From Planctomycetales bacterium (GTDB taxonomy: Bacteria; 4484-113): a stretch of 15,728 bases of DNA. The DNA is taken from assembly GCA_037445915.1 (NCBI GenBank), contig JBBIJQ010000046.1, positions 1-15,728 on the forward strand, written 5' to 3'. The translations under genes and the position numbers were made by a program. The notes beneath the pieces were generated by a model. That model was not told where the DNA came from, searched no databases, and was given only the letters and a program-made list of their open reading frames with translations. Positions 1-8,020 of the stretch are shown in pieces; positions within the stretch are counted from its first letter, which is position 1; each line of letters opens with the position of its first letter.

Positions 1-48
1 GCCCCTCCCGACGAGGAAACAGCTCCACCGCCTGCTGAAGGCGAATAA
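1..48 (+). CDS. 3' end of a gene entering from upstream (APPDEETAPPPAEGE*), Pro/Glu-rich tail, product unknown
   Basis: Frame 1 is open from base 1 to TAA at 46-48, 28 nt before the next start on the same strand. The composition resembles a low-complexity C-terminal tail. Confidence 0.45.
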   Translation, partial: APPDEETAPPPAEGE

Positions 49-76
49 TCCTGTAACACCAACTCCGGAGCGATTG

Positions 77-1648
77 ATGTTAACCCGCGCAACCATTGCC
101 ATTTTCGTTTTGCTGGCTTTGCTTTGCCTGCAAATTTTGCCTGCTTCCGCTGAAGAGGCGCAGCCCGCGCCCGAACAGCCTGCTGCGGCCACTGAAGCAG
201 AGCAGCCGTCGGATGTCACGACGGAAGAGCCTCAAGCGGAGGAACCTGCTGCGACATCTGAGGAGCAGGCTCTAGAGGAAACGGCAACTGAAGGGGCTGC
301 CGACGACAGCTGGGACGAAGACACGTCGTGGCAATCACAAGGCCTGAAGTATTACGGGACGCTTACCTATTGGCACAGCCTTGACCGCACGAGCCGCATG
401 GACAAGCACGAAGGCGAGTTCTCCCTTTCATTTAGCCTTGATGAATACCAGGGCAGGTTGCGCATCGGCAACTTCAACCCTTACGCCAGCCGCAGGGATG
501 ATATCCGCATTGAGAAAGTTGAATTAGGTGGCCCGCTTGGCAAGTTCAATTTTTCAATGGGAACTTTTCCCCAGACGCTTGGCAAAGGCCTTGTGCTCTC
601 CGGCATAGAACAGCGCGATATTGATGTTGATAACGAGATTGAAGGCTTTCGTCTGTCTTATCCAGGGAAGCACTTCTCCGCGCTAGGCTTCATTGGCCAG
701 CACAAGCTCGTTACAGATATCGGCGCTACCAAGGTATATGGCGGACGCGTGGAGGCGAAGCCGTGGGATTGGTTCACTGTCGGCGGCAACGCATTCAGTT
801 ACCGGCCAGTGAAGAAAGGGCTAGGCGGCGCGCCTGATGTGCGCATTGAAAACGGCTCGTACTCGTTTGATACCGCGCTTAAGTTCAAGGCTGTCAGCGC
901 GTACTTTGAATACATGCGCCAGGACTGGGCGGCGGACACTGACGGGCGCGGAATGTATGGCAACGTGTCGCTAAGTCTGCCCGGGCTTGGGCTGACATAC
1001 GAATACAAGGACTATTGGAAAGTCAACGGCTTTTTCAGCGGCCCACCGCCTGTAAGGTACGCCCCTGAATATGCCGCCGCAGACCTTTTAGACGAGAAAG
1101 GCTATGGCGTCATCCTAAGCTGGACTCCGTTCAAGAGTAGTTCGCTCATTGAAGCCAGCTATGCGCAGGCAAATGTGCGCGCTAAGGGAATGCCGATGAC
1201 GGAGTTTATCATCGCTTACCATTCGCCGACTGAAAAGCGCTTCAACTGGATAGCGCAGCGCCTTTACCATAACAGCCTTTTCCTCAAGAACCGCGCGTAT
1301 TATGTTGAGGCTGCCTATTCATGGAATGACTTCTTCACAACGCAGGTGGCCTGCGAGATACGCAACAAGGACGAAGGTCTTGGTGCGCGCGACGAGCAGG
1401 AAATCTCAATTGACTTCGGCTACGGAGGATGGCTCACACTTGTGATTTCACAAGAAAAAGCGGAGCGCGGGTTCAATAAAACTGCCCAGAGGTGGACTAT
1501 TGCGGAAGTGAAGCTCCAGGAGAGCGGCAAGCATGAGCTTTCGCTTGCCTATGGCAAACGGCGCGCAGGCATTGTCTGTTCAGGCGGCGTTTGCCGGCTG
1601 GAACCCGAATTCAGCGGCTGGAAGCTGGAATACCGTTTCTTCTTCTAG
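77..1648 (+). CDS. Exported outer-membrane beta-barrel-like protein, DUF6029-like
   Basis: Signal peptide ending ...LPASA, then an acidic Pro/Ala/Glu linker and amphipathic beta-strand pattern. C-terminal 'GIVCSGGVCRLEPEFSGWKLEYRFFF' has the CxGGVC motif I associate with DUF6029 and a terminal Phe. GGAG at 67-70 favours ATG77 over TTG74. Confidence 0.7.
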   Translation: MLTRATIAIFVLLALLCLQILPASAEEAQPAPEQPAAATEAEQPSDVTTEEPQAEEPAATSEEQALEETATEGAADDSWDEDTSWQSQGLKYYGTLTYWHSLDRTSRMDKHEGEFSLSFSLDEYQGRLRIGNFNPYASRRDDIRIEKVELGGPLGKFNFSMGTFPQTLGKGLVLSGIEQRDIDVDNEIEGFRLSYPGKHFSALGFIGQHKLVTDIGATKVYGGRVEAKPWDWFTVGGNAFSYRPVKKGLGGAPDVRIENGSYSFDTALKFKAVSAYFEYMRQDWAADTDGRGMYGNVSLSLPGLGLTYEYKDYWKVNGFFSGPPPVRYAPEYAAADLLDEKGYGVILSWTPFKSSSLIEASYAQANVRAKGMPMTEFIIAYHSPTEKRFNWIAQRLYHNSLFLKNRAYYVEAAYSWNDFFTTQVACEIRNKDEGLGARDEQEISIDFGYGGWLTLVISQEKAERGFNKTAQRWTIAEVKLQESGKHELSLAYGKRRAGIVCSGGVCRLEPEFSGWKLEYRFFF

Positions 1649-1689
1649 GGAGGCGGGATTCGTGCGGCTATGGCAACGATGCCCTTCCA

Positions 1690-1698
1690 TGATAGAAT
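1690..1698 (+). promoter_or_regulatory. Putative extended -10 promoter (TGaTAGAAT) for the amidohydrolase
   Basis: TGnTAnnnT match in the 77-nt intergenic gap, 27 nt upstream of ATG1726. Confidence 0.45.
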
Positions 1699-1725
1699 AC
1701 CGCCTTAACTAGGGCTGATTTACTG

Positions 1726-2919
1726 ATGATAATAACTGGCACGTATCTTATGCCTAGGCCGGGGGAGGTCATCGCCGACGGCGCCCTCTGCATTGAGAAC
1801 GGTCGCATCGCCGCTATTGGGAAGCGGGATGAAATCATCAGGCGCTACCCCGGCAAGAGCGCTGTTGAGCGACCCGGCAGCCTAATAACCCCCGGCTTTA
1901 CCAACGCCCACTGCCACCTAGAGCTTGAGTTTTGCGCAGGCAAGGTCAATTACAACGGCAATTTCCTAGAGTGGCTCCAGGAAGTGCGCAACCTTAAGCA
2001 TGACTTTATGGTGCTCCCGGGTTACTTCCCCGAAACGAGCGTTCGTTCTGTCCTAGGCTCAGGCACAACGACGCTTTGCGACCATTACACCCTGGAAATG
2101 GACTTCCGGGCGATTGAGAGTTCCGGCTTGCGCTACTTTTGTTTCCGTGAGCTGTTTGAATTCAACAACCATAACCCCGACCTGCGCAGATTGCGCGAAG
2201 CGACTATTTTTAGCTATGCCGTGCATTCGCCATACACCGCCAGCCCGGAGATTGCGCAAGCGGCGATGAAGATTGCCTCTGAGAAAGGCTACCCGATATC
2301 CATGCACCTCTCCGAGATGCTGGCGGAGATTGAGTTCGTCATAAGCCACAACGAGGATGTGGAAAAGCTACTTCGCCGTTCAGGCTCGTATGACGATGGC
2401 TGGAAAGGGATGGGCGTTAGCCCGGTTGCATACTTCAACTCGCTGGGAGTGCTAGCACCGAAATCATACTGCGTCCATTTGAACTACGTGCTTCCCGGCG
2501 ATGTGGAGATCCTTGCTGCGCGCGGGATTACCCACGTTTACTGCCCGCGCAGCCATGCATACTTTATGCACCCGGACCACCCCCTGATGCGATTCAGGGC
2601 TGCCGGCATTAATATCGCCTTGGGGACTGACTCCTACGGCAGCAATATCAATTTAAACATTCTTGAAGAAGCGAAGCTTGCCTGGGTTGAGTTTCCAACG
2701 CTTACCGGGACTGAAGTCTTCGCGATGATTACTTGCAATGGGCTGCGCCCGCTAGGGTTATGCAACGAGCTTGGCAAGCTGGAAAGAGATTTCCGCGCTG
2801 ACCTTGCAGTCTGGCATGACTGCCCTGGCGGCAGCTTTGACGAGATCATGAAGTGGCTGGTTAACCAGAAAGAGGCTGCGCTTGTTATGCGCGATGGCCG
2901 CGTTGTCCACGGAAGCTGA
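1726..2919 (+). CDS. Metal-dependent amidohydrolase/deaminase (SsnA/MtaD/aminodeoxyfutalosine deaminase-like)
   Basis: Motifs PGFTNAHCHLE (HxH), HSPYT, MHLSE (HxxE), VHLNY, CPRSH, LGTDS and the C-terminal GKLE..RADLAV beta-sandwich motif. Confidence 0.85.
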   Translation: MIITGTYLMPRPGEVIADGALCIENGRIAAIGKRDEIIRRYPGKSAVERPGSLITPGFTNAHCHLELEFCAGKVNYNGNFLEWLQEVRNLKHDFMVLPGYFPETSVRSVLGSGTTTLCDHYTLEMDFRAIESSGLRYFCFRELFEFNNHNPDLRRLREATIFSYAVHSPYTASPEIAQAAMKIASEKGYPISMHLSEMLAEIEFVISHNEDVEKLLRRSGSYDDGWKGMGVSPVAYFNSLGVLAPKSYCVHLNYVLPGDVEILAARGITHVYCPRSHAYFMHPDHPLMRFRAAGINIALGTDSYGSNINLNILEEAKLAWVEFPTLTGTEVFAMITCNGLRPLGLCNELGKLERDFRADLAVWHDCPGGSFDEIMKWLVNQKEAALVMRDGRVVHGS

Positions 2920-2939
2920 ACAGGCTGCTGCGCCTGCGG

Positions 2940-3923
2940 CTAAATGCTAAACCTTCCCTCGGCGAAGTTAAGGATAAGGTTTCCAACGCACAAGCCGACT
3001 ACGCGCAAGCTGTCAGCGCTGCACTTATCAACTGTGTCCTGAAGCGTGTGCCAAGGGGCGTAGTCAAAGTCTATGACGTCGTACATCTTAACGCCGCGCT
3101 GTATGAATGGAATGTGGTCGTCTAGGACTTCGTAATGGCCGCTGGTCCCGAATCCCGAAAGCCCCATCATATCCTGCAATTCCAGCAGCGCAGTATAAAT
3201 ACCGGGCGCCACTCTTTCAGAGTTGCGTTCAGGCTTTATGTTGAGATTCGCGTCGCCAACCATATCTAGCAAGACGCCGAAAACGATGCGCTTCTTCAGC
3301 GCGATGCTCATTTTGCTGGCGAAATGCTCCGCTCCCACAAACATTTGGCTTACAGTGCTGCCGGTATCCTCCCCGTCAGTGAACAGGAAGAGGATGCCTA
3401 CATCTTCCGGCAGCTTGTCGTGCAGCATCCTTGCAAGCTCTAGCAGGGCTGCAACGCCTGAAGCGCCGTCATTCGCGCCAGGTATCGGCGTGGAATAGTT
3501 TGCCGGCGTGTCCAGGTCGGCAAACGGGCGGGTATCAAAGTGCGCGGCGAGGATAACAAGCTTAGGCGCGTTGGGATGGATGTAGGCGATGACGTTGTTG
3601 AAGGTGTAGTTGCGGCCATTGACGACGCGATCAAAGGTTTGTTCAGTGATGCCTGTGCAGTATGGTGCCAGTTCACGCTTAATGAAGTTGCGGCAGAGCA
3701 AGTGCGCGTTTGAGCCGGGCACCCGAGGCCCGAACGCAACTTGTTTCTTTAGAAAGCCGAAGGCGCGGCTGCCGGAGAAGTCTGTGGATATCACCTTAAG
3801 GTCGCTTGTAGTCGGAGTAGCTTTCTGCGGTGCATTCTTCTCAGCTCCTGATGCCGAGCCAACGCAGGCAGCCATCCAGCACAACGCCAGTATTAAGACC
3901 ATAGTTACGGCTAATCGCTTCAT
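2940..3923 (-). CDS. M28 family metallopeptidase / glutaminyl-cyclase-like lipoprotein
   Basis: Motifs FGPRVPGS, AHFDTRP, GANDGASG, DGED, LLDMVG, DDHIPF, WHT. N-terminal hydrophobic segment with lipobox-like MAAC. Starts immediately after the ileS stop (TGA GTG ATG); start is 3926 or 3923. Confidence 0.85.
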   Translation of the reverse strand: MKRLAVTMVLILALCWMAACVGSASGAEKNAPQKATPTTSDLKVISTDFSGSRAFGFLKKQVAFGPRVPGSNAHLLCRNFIKRELAPYCTGITEQTFDRVVNGRNYTFNNVIAYIHPNAPKLVILAAHFDTRPFADLDTPANYSTPIPGANDGASGVAALLELARMLHDKLPEDVGILFLFTDGEDTGSTVSQMFVGAEHFASKMSIALKKRIVFGVLLDMVGDANLNIKPERNSERVAPGIYTALLELQDMMGLSGFGTSGHYEVLDDHIPFIQRGVKMYDVIDFDYAPWHTLQDTVDKCSADSLRVVGLCVGNLILNFAEGRFSI

Positions 3924-3926
3924 CAC

Positions 3927-6900
3927 TCACTCCGCCTTGACAGGCACAAGTTGAATAAGCACTTCCAGTCCTTCAATTTCAGATGGATACACGTTTGGAA
4001 AATCGTCAGCGAGGCTGCTGTCTTCCGCAAAGTCAACCGTAAGCGTTTCACCAGCTATTACGGCAGCGTAGTTCAACACTGCCGAGCGGACTGGCTCATC
4101 AACGGTAAACTTCAGCGAGATGCGCTGCTCATAATCCAGCGCGAGGTTCTTGCGCTGCGTCTGCACACGGTTGATGAACTCGCGGCACAAGCCCTCTTCG
4201 CGCAGCTCCGGCGTTATTACTAAGTCTAGCACAAGAAGCAAGTTGCCATCGCGCTGCGCTACCGTGCCTTGGCGCTCTATAATGCGGATGTCAAGGTCGT
4301 CCGCCGTAAGCTCGTAATTCTCGCCGCCCGCGGCAAGCGAAAAGCTACCGGATTCGCCTAGCTGATTTACAAGTGCAGACGCATTTGCCGAAGCAAGCGC
4401 TTTTTGGACTGCTCCAATCGCCTTGCCCAGCCGCGGGCCCAGGACGCCGAAGTTGGGCTTGACTTGGAAGTTTACGTAGTCTTCTGCGCGCTTAGCCCAG
4501 CGAATCGCTTTGATGTTAAGCTCTTCGCGCACGATGTTGTGGTAAGGCTCAATTGCCGACGGCAGCTTCGTGTCGTTGGTAACGAGGATGATCTCGCGAA
4601 GCGGCTGTCGCACTTTTAACTTGGACTGGTTGCGCGCCGCATGGCCGAGCTTTACCACGCGGAGCACGGCGTCCATCCCTTCCTCAAGCTCCGGGTCAGC
4701 GATGCTTTCGTCTGCTTCAGGATAATCGCATAGGTGAACGCTGACAGGCGACTCCGCATCTATCGCGCGCACCAGCTTCTCGTGAAGCTCGTCGGAAATG
4801 AATGGGGTAAATGGCGCAATCAGCTTGGAGAGGCCGCAAAGGATGCCATAGAGCGTGTGGTATGCGCTCCATTTCTCGCCGTTCTTTTGGCTTTGCCAGA
4901 AACGGCGGCGGCTCCGGCGGACGTACCAATTGCTGAGGATATCAAGGAATACCTCAATCGCGCGCGCAGCTTCAGTGGCGCGGAAGGCATCCAAGTTCTC
5001 TATCACGTTTCTGATTAGCTGGTTGTACTTAATAAGAATCCAGCGGTCAAGCAGCGGCCGTTCTTTCCATGGCAGCGCAGGCTGAGCAGGGTCATAGTCG
5101 TCTATGTTCGCGTAGATGGTGAAAAACGAGTACACGTTCCAAAGCGGGATGAGAAACTTTTGCAGCGAGCTGACGACGGCAGGTTCGGAATAGCGCGTGT
5201 TAACCCAAGGCGCGTTAGCGCTGAGGAAATACCACCTAAACGCGTCAGCGCCCTGGCGGTTGATGACATTCCACGGGTCAGCCACATTGCCCATAGACTT
5301 GCTCATCTTGCGGCCTTTCTCATCTTGTATGTGGCCAAGCACGACGCAGGTTTTGTATGCCGGGGTGTCCTTTACCATAGTGGCTATTGTATGCAGCGTA
5401 TAGAACCACCCGCGCGTCTGGTCTATTGCCTCGCTGATGAAATCGGCAGGAAACTGCCCGCCGCCGTCAATGTCGTCTTTGTGCTCAAAGGGGTAGTGGT
5501 GCTGGGCGAAGGGCATTGAGCCACTATCAAACCAGCAGTCTATGACATGCGGCACCCTTTGCATCGCGCCACCGCAAGCGCACTTCCAAGTCATCTCGTC
5601 AACGAACGGGCGGTGCGGGTTGAACTGTGCGGAATTGTAGAGGTCGTCAGCCTTGAATTCCGCCAATCCTTGAAGCTCAGCAAAAGAGCCAATGCAACGG
5701 GTGTTGCCGCATGAGCCGCATTCCCAGATGGGCAGCGGAGTGCCCCAGTAGCGGTTGCGGGAGAGCGCCCAATCAACCACGCCTTCCAGCCATTGGCCGA
5801 AACGCCCGTTGCGGATGTGCTCAGGCACCCAGTTTATCTTTTCATTGTTAGAGAGAAGCTGGTCGCGGATTGCGGTCGTGCGGATGAACCAGGACGGAAA
5901 TGCATAATAGAGCAGGGGTGTATCGCAACGCCAGCAGAACGGATACGCGTGGATATAGTTTGTGATGTGGAACAGCAGCCCTCGGTCGCGCAAGTCCAGC
6001 GTTATTTCAGCGTCAGCTTCCTTCACATTGCGCCCGGCCCACTTGGCAACTTCGGGGACGAAGTTCCCGCGCTCGTCAACCGCGCACACAAACGGCAGGT
6101 CGTTTGCTAAACCGACCTGGTAGTCATCTTCACCGAAGGCAGGCGCAATGTGGACTATGCCTGAGCCATAATCCATCGTCACGAACTTGCCGGTTATTAC
6201 ATAGTGTGCGCGCTTGTCTACCGGCAGATACCAAAAGAGCGGCTCGTAATTAATGTTTGCTAAGTCAGAACCGCGGAAAGCAGCGGTTATAGGCTCTTCG
6301 CCCAAGCCTGTGGCCGCGAGAAGCTCACGGGCGAGAATTATGTGCTCTCCATCGTGGAAGACCGCGACATACTCGGCATCTGGGTTCACCGCCAGCGCGA
6401 CATTGGATATCAGCGTCCACGGTGTAGTCGTCCAAACCAAAAAGTAGGTTCTCCCTGTGGCAAGATCTCCGCTAAGGTCATCCATCGCGTCCTTGACGCG
6501 AAACTTGACGAAGACGCTTGGGTCTTTGGTGTCTACGTAGTTCTGCGCGACTTCATGGGATGAGAGCGGCGTTCCGCAGCGGTAGCAGTAGGGGACAATC
6601 TTGTGGCCCCGGTAAATTAGCTGCTTGTCCCACATCTGGCGGAGCAGCCACCACACGGTTTCTATGTACTTGTTCGTGTAGGTGAAATAGGCTTCATCGT
6701 AGTTGAGCCAGAAGCCAATGCGGTTGCTTATGCGCCGCCACTCTTTCTCGTAGCGCTGCACCGAGGCTAAGCAACGCTCGTTGAAAGCAGCTATGCCGTA
6801 CTTTTCAATGTCAGCCTTGCCGGTAAAGCCAAGCTCTTTTTCAACCTCAATCTCAACCGGCAGCCCGTGCGTGTCCCAGCCTGCTTTGCGCGCCACGTGG

Positions 6901-7136
6901 TAGCCACGCATGGTCTTGTAGCGCGGGAACAGGTCTTTCATCACTCGGGTCAGCACGTGGCCGGGGTGCGGTAAGGCATTGGCTGTCGGCGGGCCTTCGT
7001 AGAATACGAAGTTGCCTTTTGGCGAAGAGCGCTGCAGCGACTTGCCAAACACATCTTCCGCTTCCCAGTAGCGAAGGATGCGCTCCTCCATTTCCGGGAA
7101 GTTATATGCCGTATCAGCTTTTTCAAATCTTCCCAT
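3927..7136 (-). CDS. ileS: Isoleucyl-tRNA synthetase, type 2 (IleRS2)
   Basis: FYEGPPTANALPHPGH (HIGH equivalent, 6957-6968), GWDTHGLPVE, WTTTPWTL editing motif, DWALSRNRYWGTP, KMSKS (5295-5309), SNWYVRRSR. Type-2-style C-terminus (EGLCREFINRVQ..RK) without the type-1 zinc finger. Confidence 0.97.
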   Translation of the reverse strand: MGRFEKADTAYNFPEMEERILRYWEAEDVFGKSLQRSSPKGNFVFYEGPPTANALPHPGHVLTRVMKDLFPRYKTMRGYHVARKAGWDTHGLPVEIEVEKELGFTGKADIEKYGIAAFNERCLASVQRYEKEWRRISNRIGFWLNYDEAYFTYTNKYIETVWWLLRQMWDKQLIYRGHKIVPYCYRCGTPLSSHEVAQNYVDTKDPSVFVKFRVKDAMDDLSGDLATGRTYFLVWTTTPWTLISNVALAVNPDAEYVAVFHDGEHIILARELLAATGLGEEPITAAFRGSDLANINYEPLFWYLPVDKRAHYVITGKFVTMDYGSGIVHIAPAFGEDDYQVGLANDLPFVCAVDERGNFVPEVAKWAGRNVKEADAEITLDLRDRGLLFHITNYIHAYPFCWRCDTPLLYYAFPSWFIRTTAIRDQLLSNNEKINWVPEHIRNGRFGQWLEGVVDWALSRNRYWGTPLPIWECGSCGNTRCIGSFAELQGLAEFKADDLYNSAQFNPHRPFVDEMTWKCACGGAMQRVPHVIDCWFDSGSMPFAQHHYPFEHKDDIDGGGQFPADFISEAIDQTRGWFYTLHTIATMVKDTPAYKTCVVLGHIQDEKGRKMSKSMGNVADPWNVINRQGADAFRWYFLSANAPWVNTRYSEPAVVSSLQKFLIPLWNVYSFFTIYANIDDYDPAQPALPWKERPLLDRWILIKYNQLIRNVIENLDAFRATEAARAIEVFLDILSNWYVRRSRRRFWQSQKNGEKWSAYHTLYGILCGLSKLIAPFTPFISDELHEKLVRAIDAESPVSVHLCDYPEADESIADPELEEGMDAVLRVVKLGHAARNQSKLKVRQPLREIILVTNDTKLPSAIEPYHNIVREELNIKAIRWAKRAEDYVNFQVKPNFGVLGPRLGKAIGAVQKALASANASALVNQLGESGSFSLAAGGENYELTADDLDIRIIERQGTVAQRDGNLLLVLDLVITPELREEGLCREFINRVQTQRKNLALDYEQRISLKFTVDEPVRSAVLNYAAVIAGETLTVDFAEDSSLADDFPNVYPSEIEGLEVLIQLVPVKAE

Positions 7137-7168
7137 TACACATCACCTGTAAACGAAGCCATTACCAG

Positions 7169-7201
7169 AAAAGAAAAAGCCCTCCTCTTGTGAGAAGGGC
7201 T
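7169..7201 (-). terminator. Intrinsic terminator (attenuator 3:4 hairpin) in the ileS leader
   Basis: Minus strand reads AGCCCTTCTC-ACAA-GAGGAGGGCT followed by TTTTCTTTT: a 10-bp stem with one G.U pair and a U-tract, about 30 nt upstream of the ileS ATG. Confidence 0.85.
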
Positions 7202-7226
7202 GGGTAAACCTCTAATGCGTGTTAGC

Positions 7227-7286
7227 CTACCCCGCCCAGGGCGGGATAATAATGGACGCCGTGCATTCTACAAGTATCAAAAGCAT
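7227..7286 (-). CDS. Putative ileS attenuator leader peptide MLLILVECTASIIIPPWAG (19 aa)
   Basis: ATG at 7286-7284 to TAG at 7229-7227. Tandem ATT ATT ATC codons at 7253-7245 overlap hairpin 1:2, and the ORF lies upstream of a terminator preceding ileS. Confidence 0.7.
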   Translation of the reverse strand: MLLILVECTASIIIPPWAG

Positions 7287-7308
7287 CGTCTGATCTCGTA
7301 AGGCTTAC

Positions 7309-7391
7309 TGCCGAGGGCCGGACTCGAACCGGCATGGGGTTATACCCGGGGGATTTTAAGTCCCCTGCGTCTGCCATTTCGCCACCTCGGC
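7309..7391 (-). tRNA. tRNA-Leu (anticodon TAA), CCA not encoded
   Basis: GCCGAGG/CCTCGGC acceptor stem, discriminator A, anticodon arm GGGGA-CTTAAAA-TCCCC, long variable arm GGG-TATAA-CCC, T arm GCCGG-TTCGAGT-CCGGC. Confidence 0.96.
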
Positions 7392-7412
7392 CCCTGGCAG
7401 CAAGCCAGATTG

Positions 7413-7910
7413 TTATGGGCGGCCGTGTAGAGCGCGTTTCTTGCGCTTCTTCTTGCCTCCTGCACGTTTAGCTTCCAGGTTGCGTTTCAAATCTACCAAG
7501 TTCTCCTCGCTCATACGCTTGAAGACCTTGAGCATTTGGTCGAAGTCGTAATTAGCCTTTCGCAGCTCTTCTTCCAAGTTGAAGTCAAACTGCGGGGGCT
7601 CGGATGCGAATACTTCAGGCGCGGGCATAGGGAGTTCATCGCGTTCTTCAACCCTAGGAGGCCTAGTGTAATCAAGGCCAGAGGCCTGCTTGAGCGACAA
7701 CTCAATGCGCCCGTCCTCTTTGATGGAGAGGACCTTGATCTTCACCTTCTGATTAGGTTTTACCTTCTCGCGGATGTCCTTAACGAATTCGTCACTGATT
7801 TCGCTGATGTGAATGAGGCCTTTCTGGCCCGGACCGAGCCATACAAAGGCGCCAAAATCACGCACTTCAGCAATGCGCCCCTGGACCACATCGCCAGTGG
7901 TCAAGTCCAT
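7413..7910 (-). CDS. S1 RNA-binding domain protein (YabR/YugI-like)
   Basis: S1 signature GDVVQGRI..VRDFGAFV..GLIHISEIS..IELSLK. C-terminal FDQMLKVFKRMSEENLVDLKRNLEAKRAGG resembles the YabR tail, followed by a basic KKKRKKR. SD AAGGAGGT 7 nt before ATG7910 favours that start over GTG7919. Confidence 0.88.
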   Translation of the reverse strand: MDLTTGDVVQGRIAEVRDFGAFVWLGPGQKGLIHISEISDEFVKDIREKVKPNQKVKIKVLSIKEDGRIELSLKQASGLDYTRPPRVEERDELPMPAPEVFASEPPQFDFNLEEELRKANYDFDQMLKVFKRMSEENLVDLKRNLEAKRAGGKKKRKKRALHGRP

Positions 7911-7965
7911 GGAGCACACCTCCTTTTATCGCAAGAGTATCGCGGGACACCCCGCGTAGCACTTT

Positions 7966-7994
7966 AGTCTATCTTGGCAGCGCAGATAAGTCAA
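7966..7994 (-). promoter_or_regulatory. Sigma70-type promoter TTGACT-N17-TAGACT upstream of the S1 gene
   Basis: -35 at 7994-7989 and -10 at 7971-7966 with an exact 17-nt spacer, in the tgt/S1 intergenic gap. Confidence 0.7.
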
Positions 7995-8020
7995 GCACTT
8001 GCAGAGCCGGCAAACCCGCC

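Noticed and set aside
2921-2936. CAGGC/GCCTG hairpin between the convergent amidohydrolase and M28 genes
   Set aside because: A 5-bp stem with no U-tract on either strand is too weak to call a terminator.
7222-7266. Alternative leader ORF MHGVHYYPALGGVG* on the minus strand
   Set aside because: It has no Ile codons and no SD, so there is no logic for ileS control. It overlaps the Ile-containing frame.
7137-7308. T-box riboswitch upstream of ileS
   Set aside because: No GGTGGNACC T-box core or recognisable specifier stem is present. A leader peptide with Ile codons explains the structure better.
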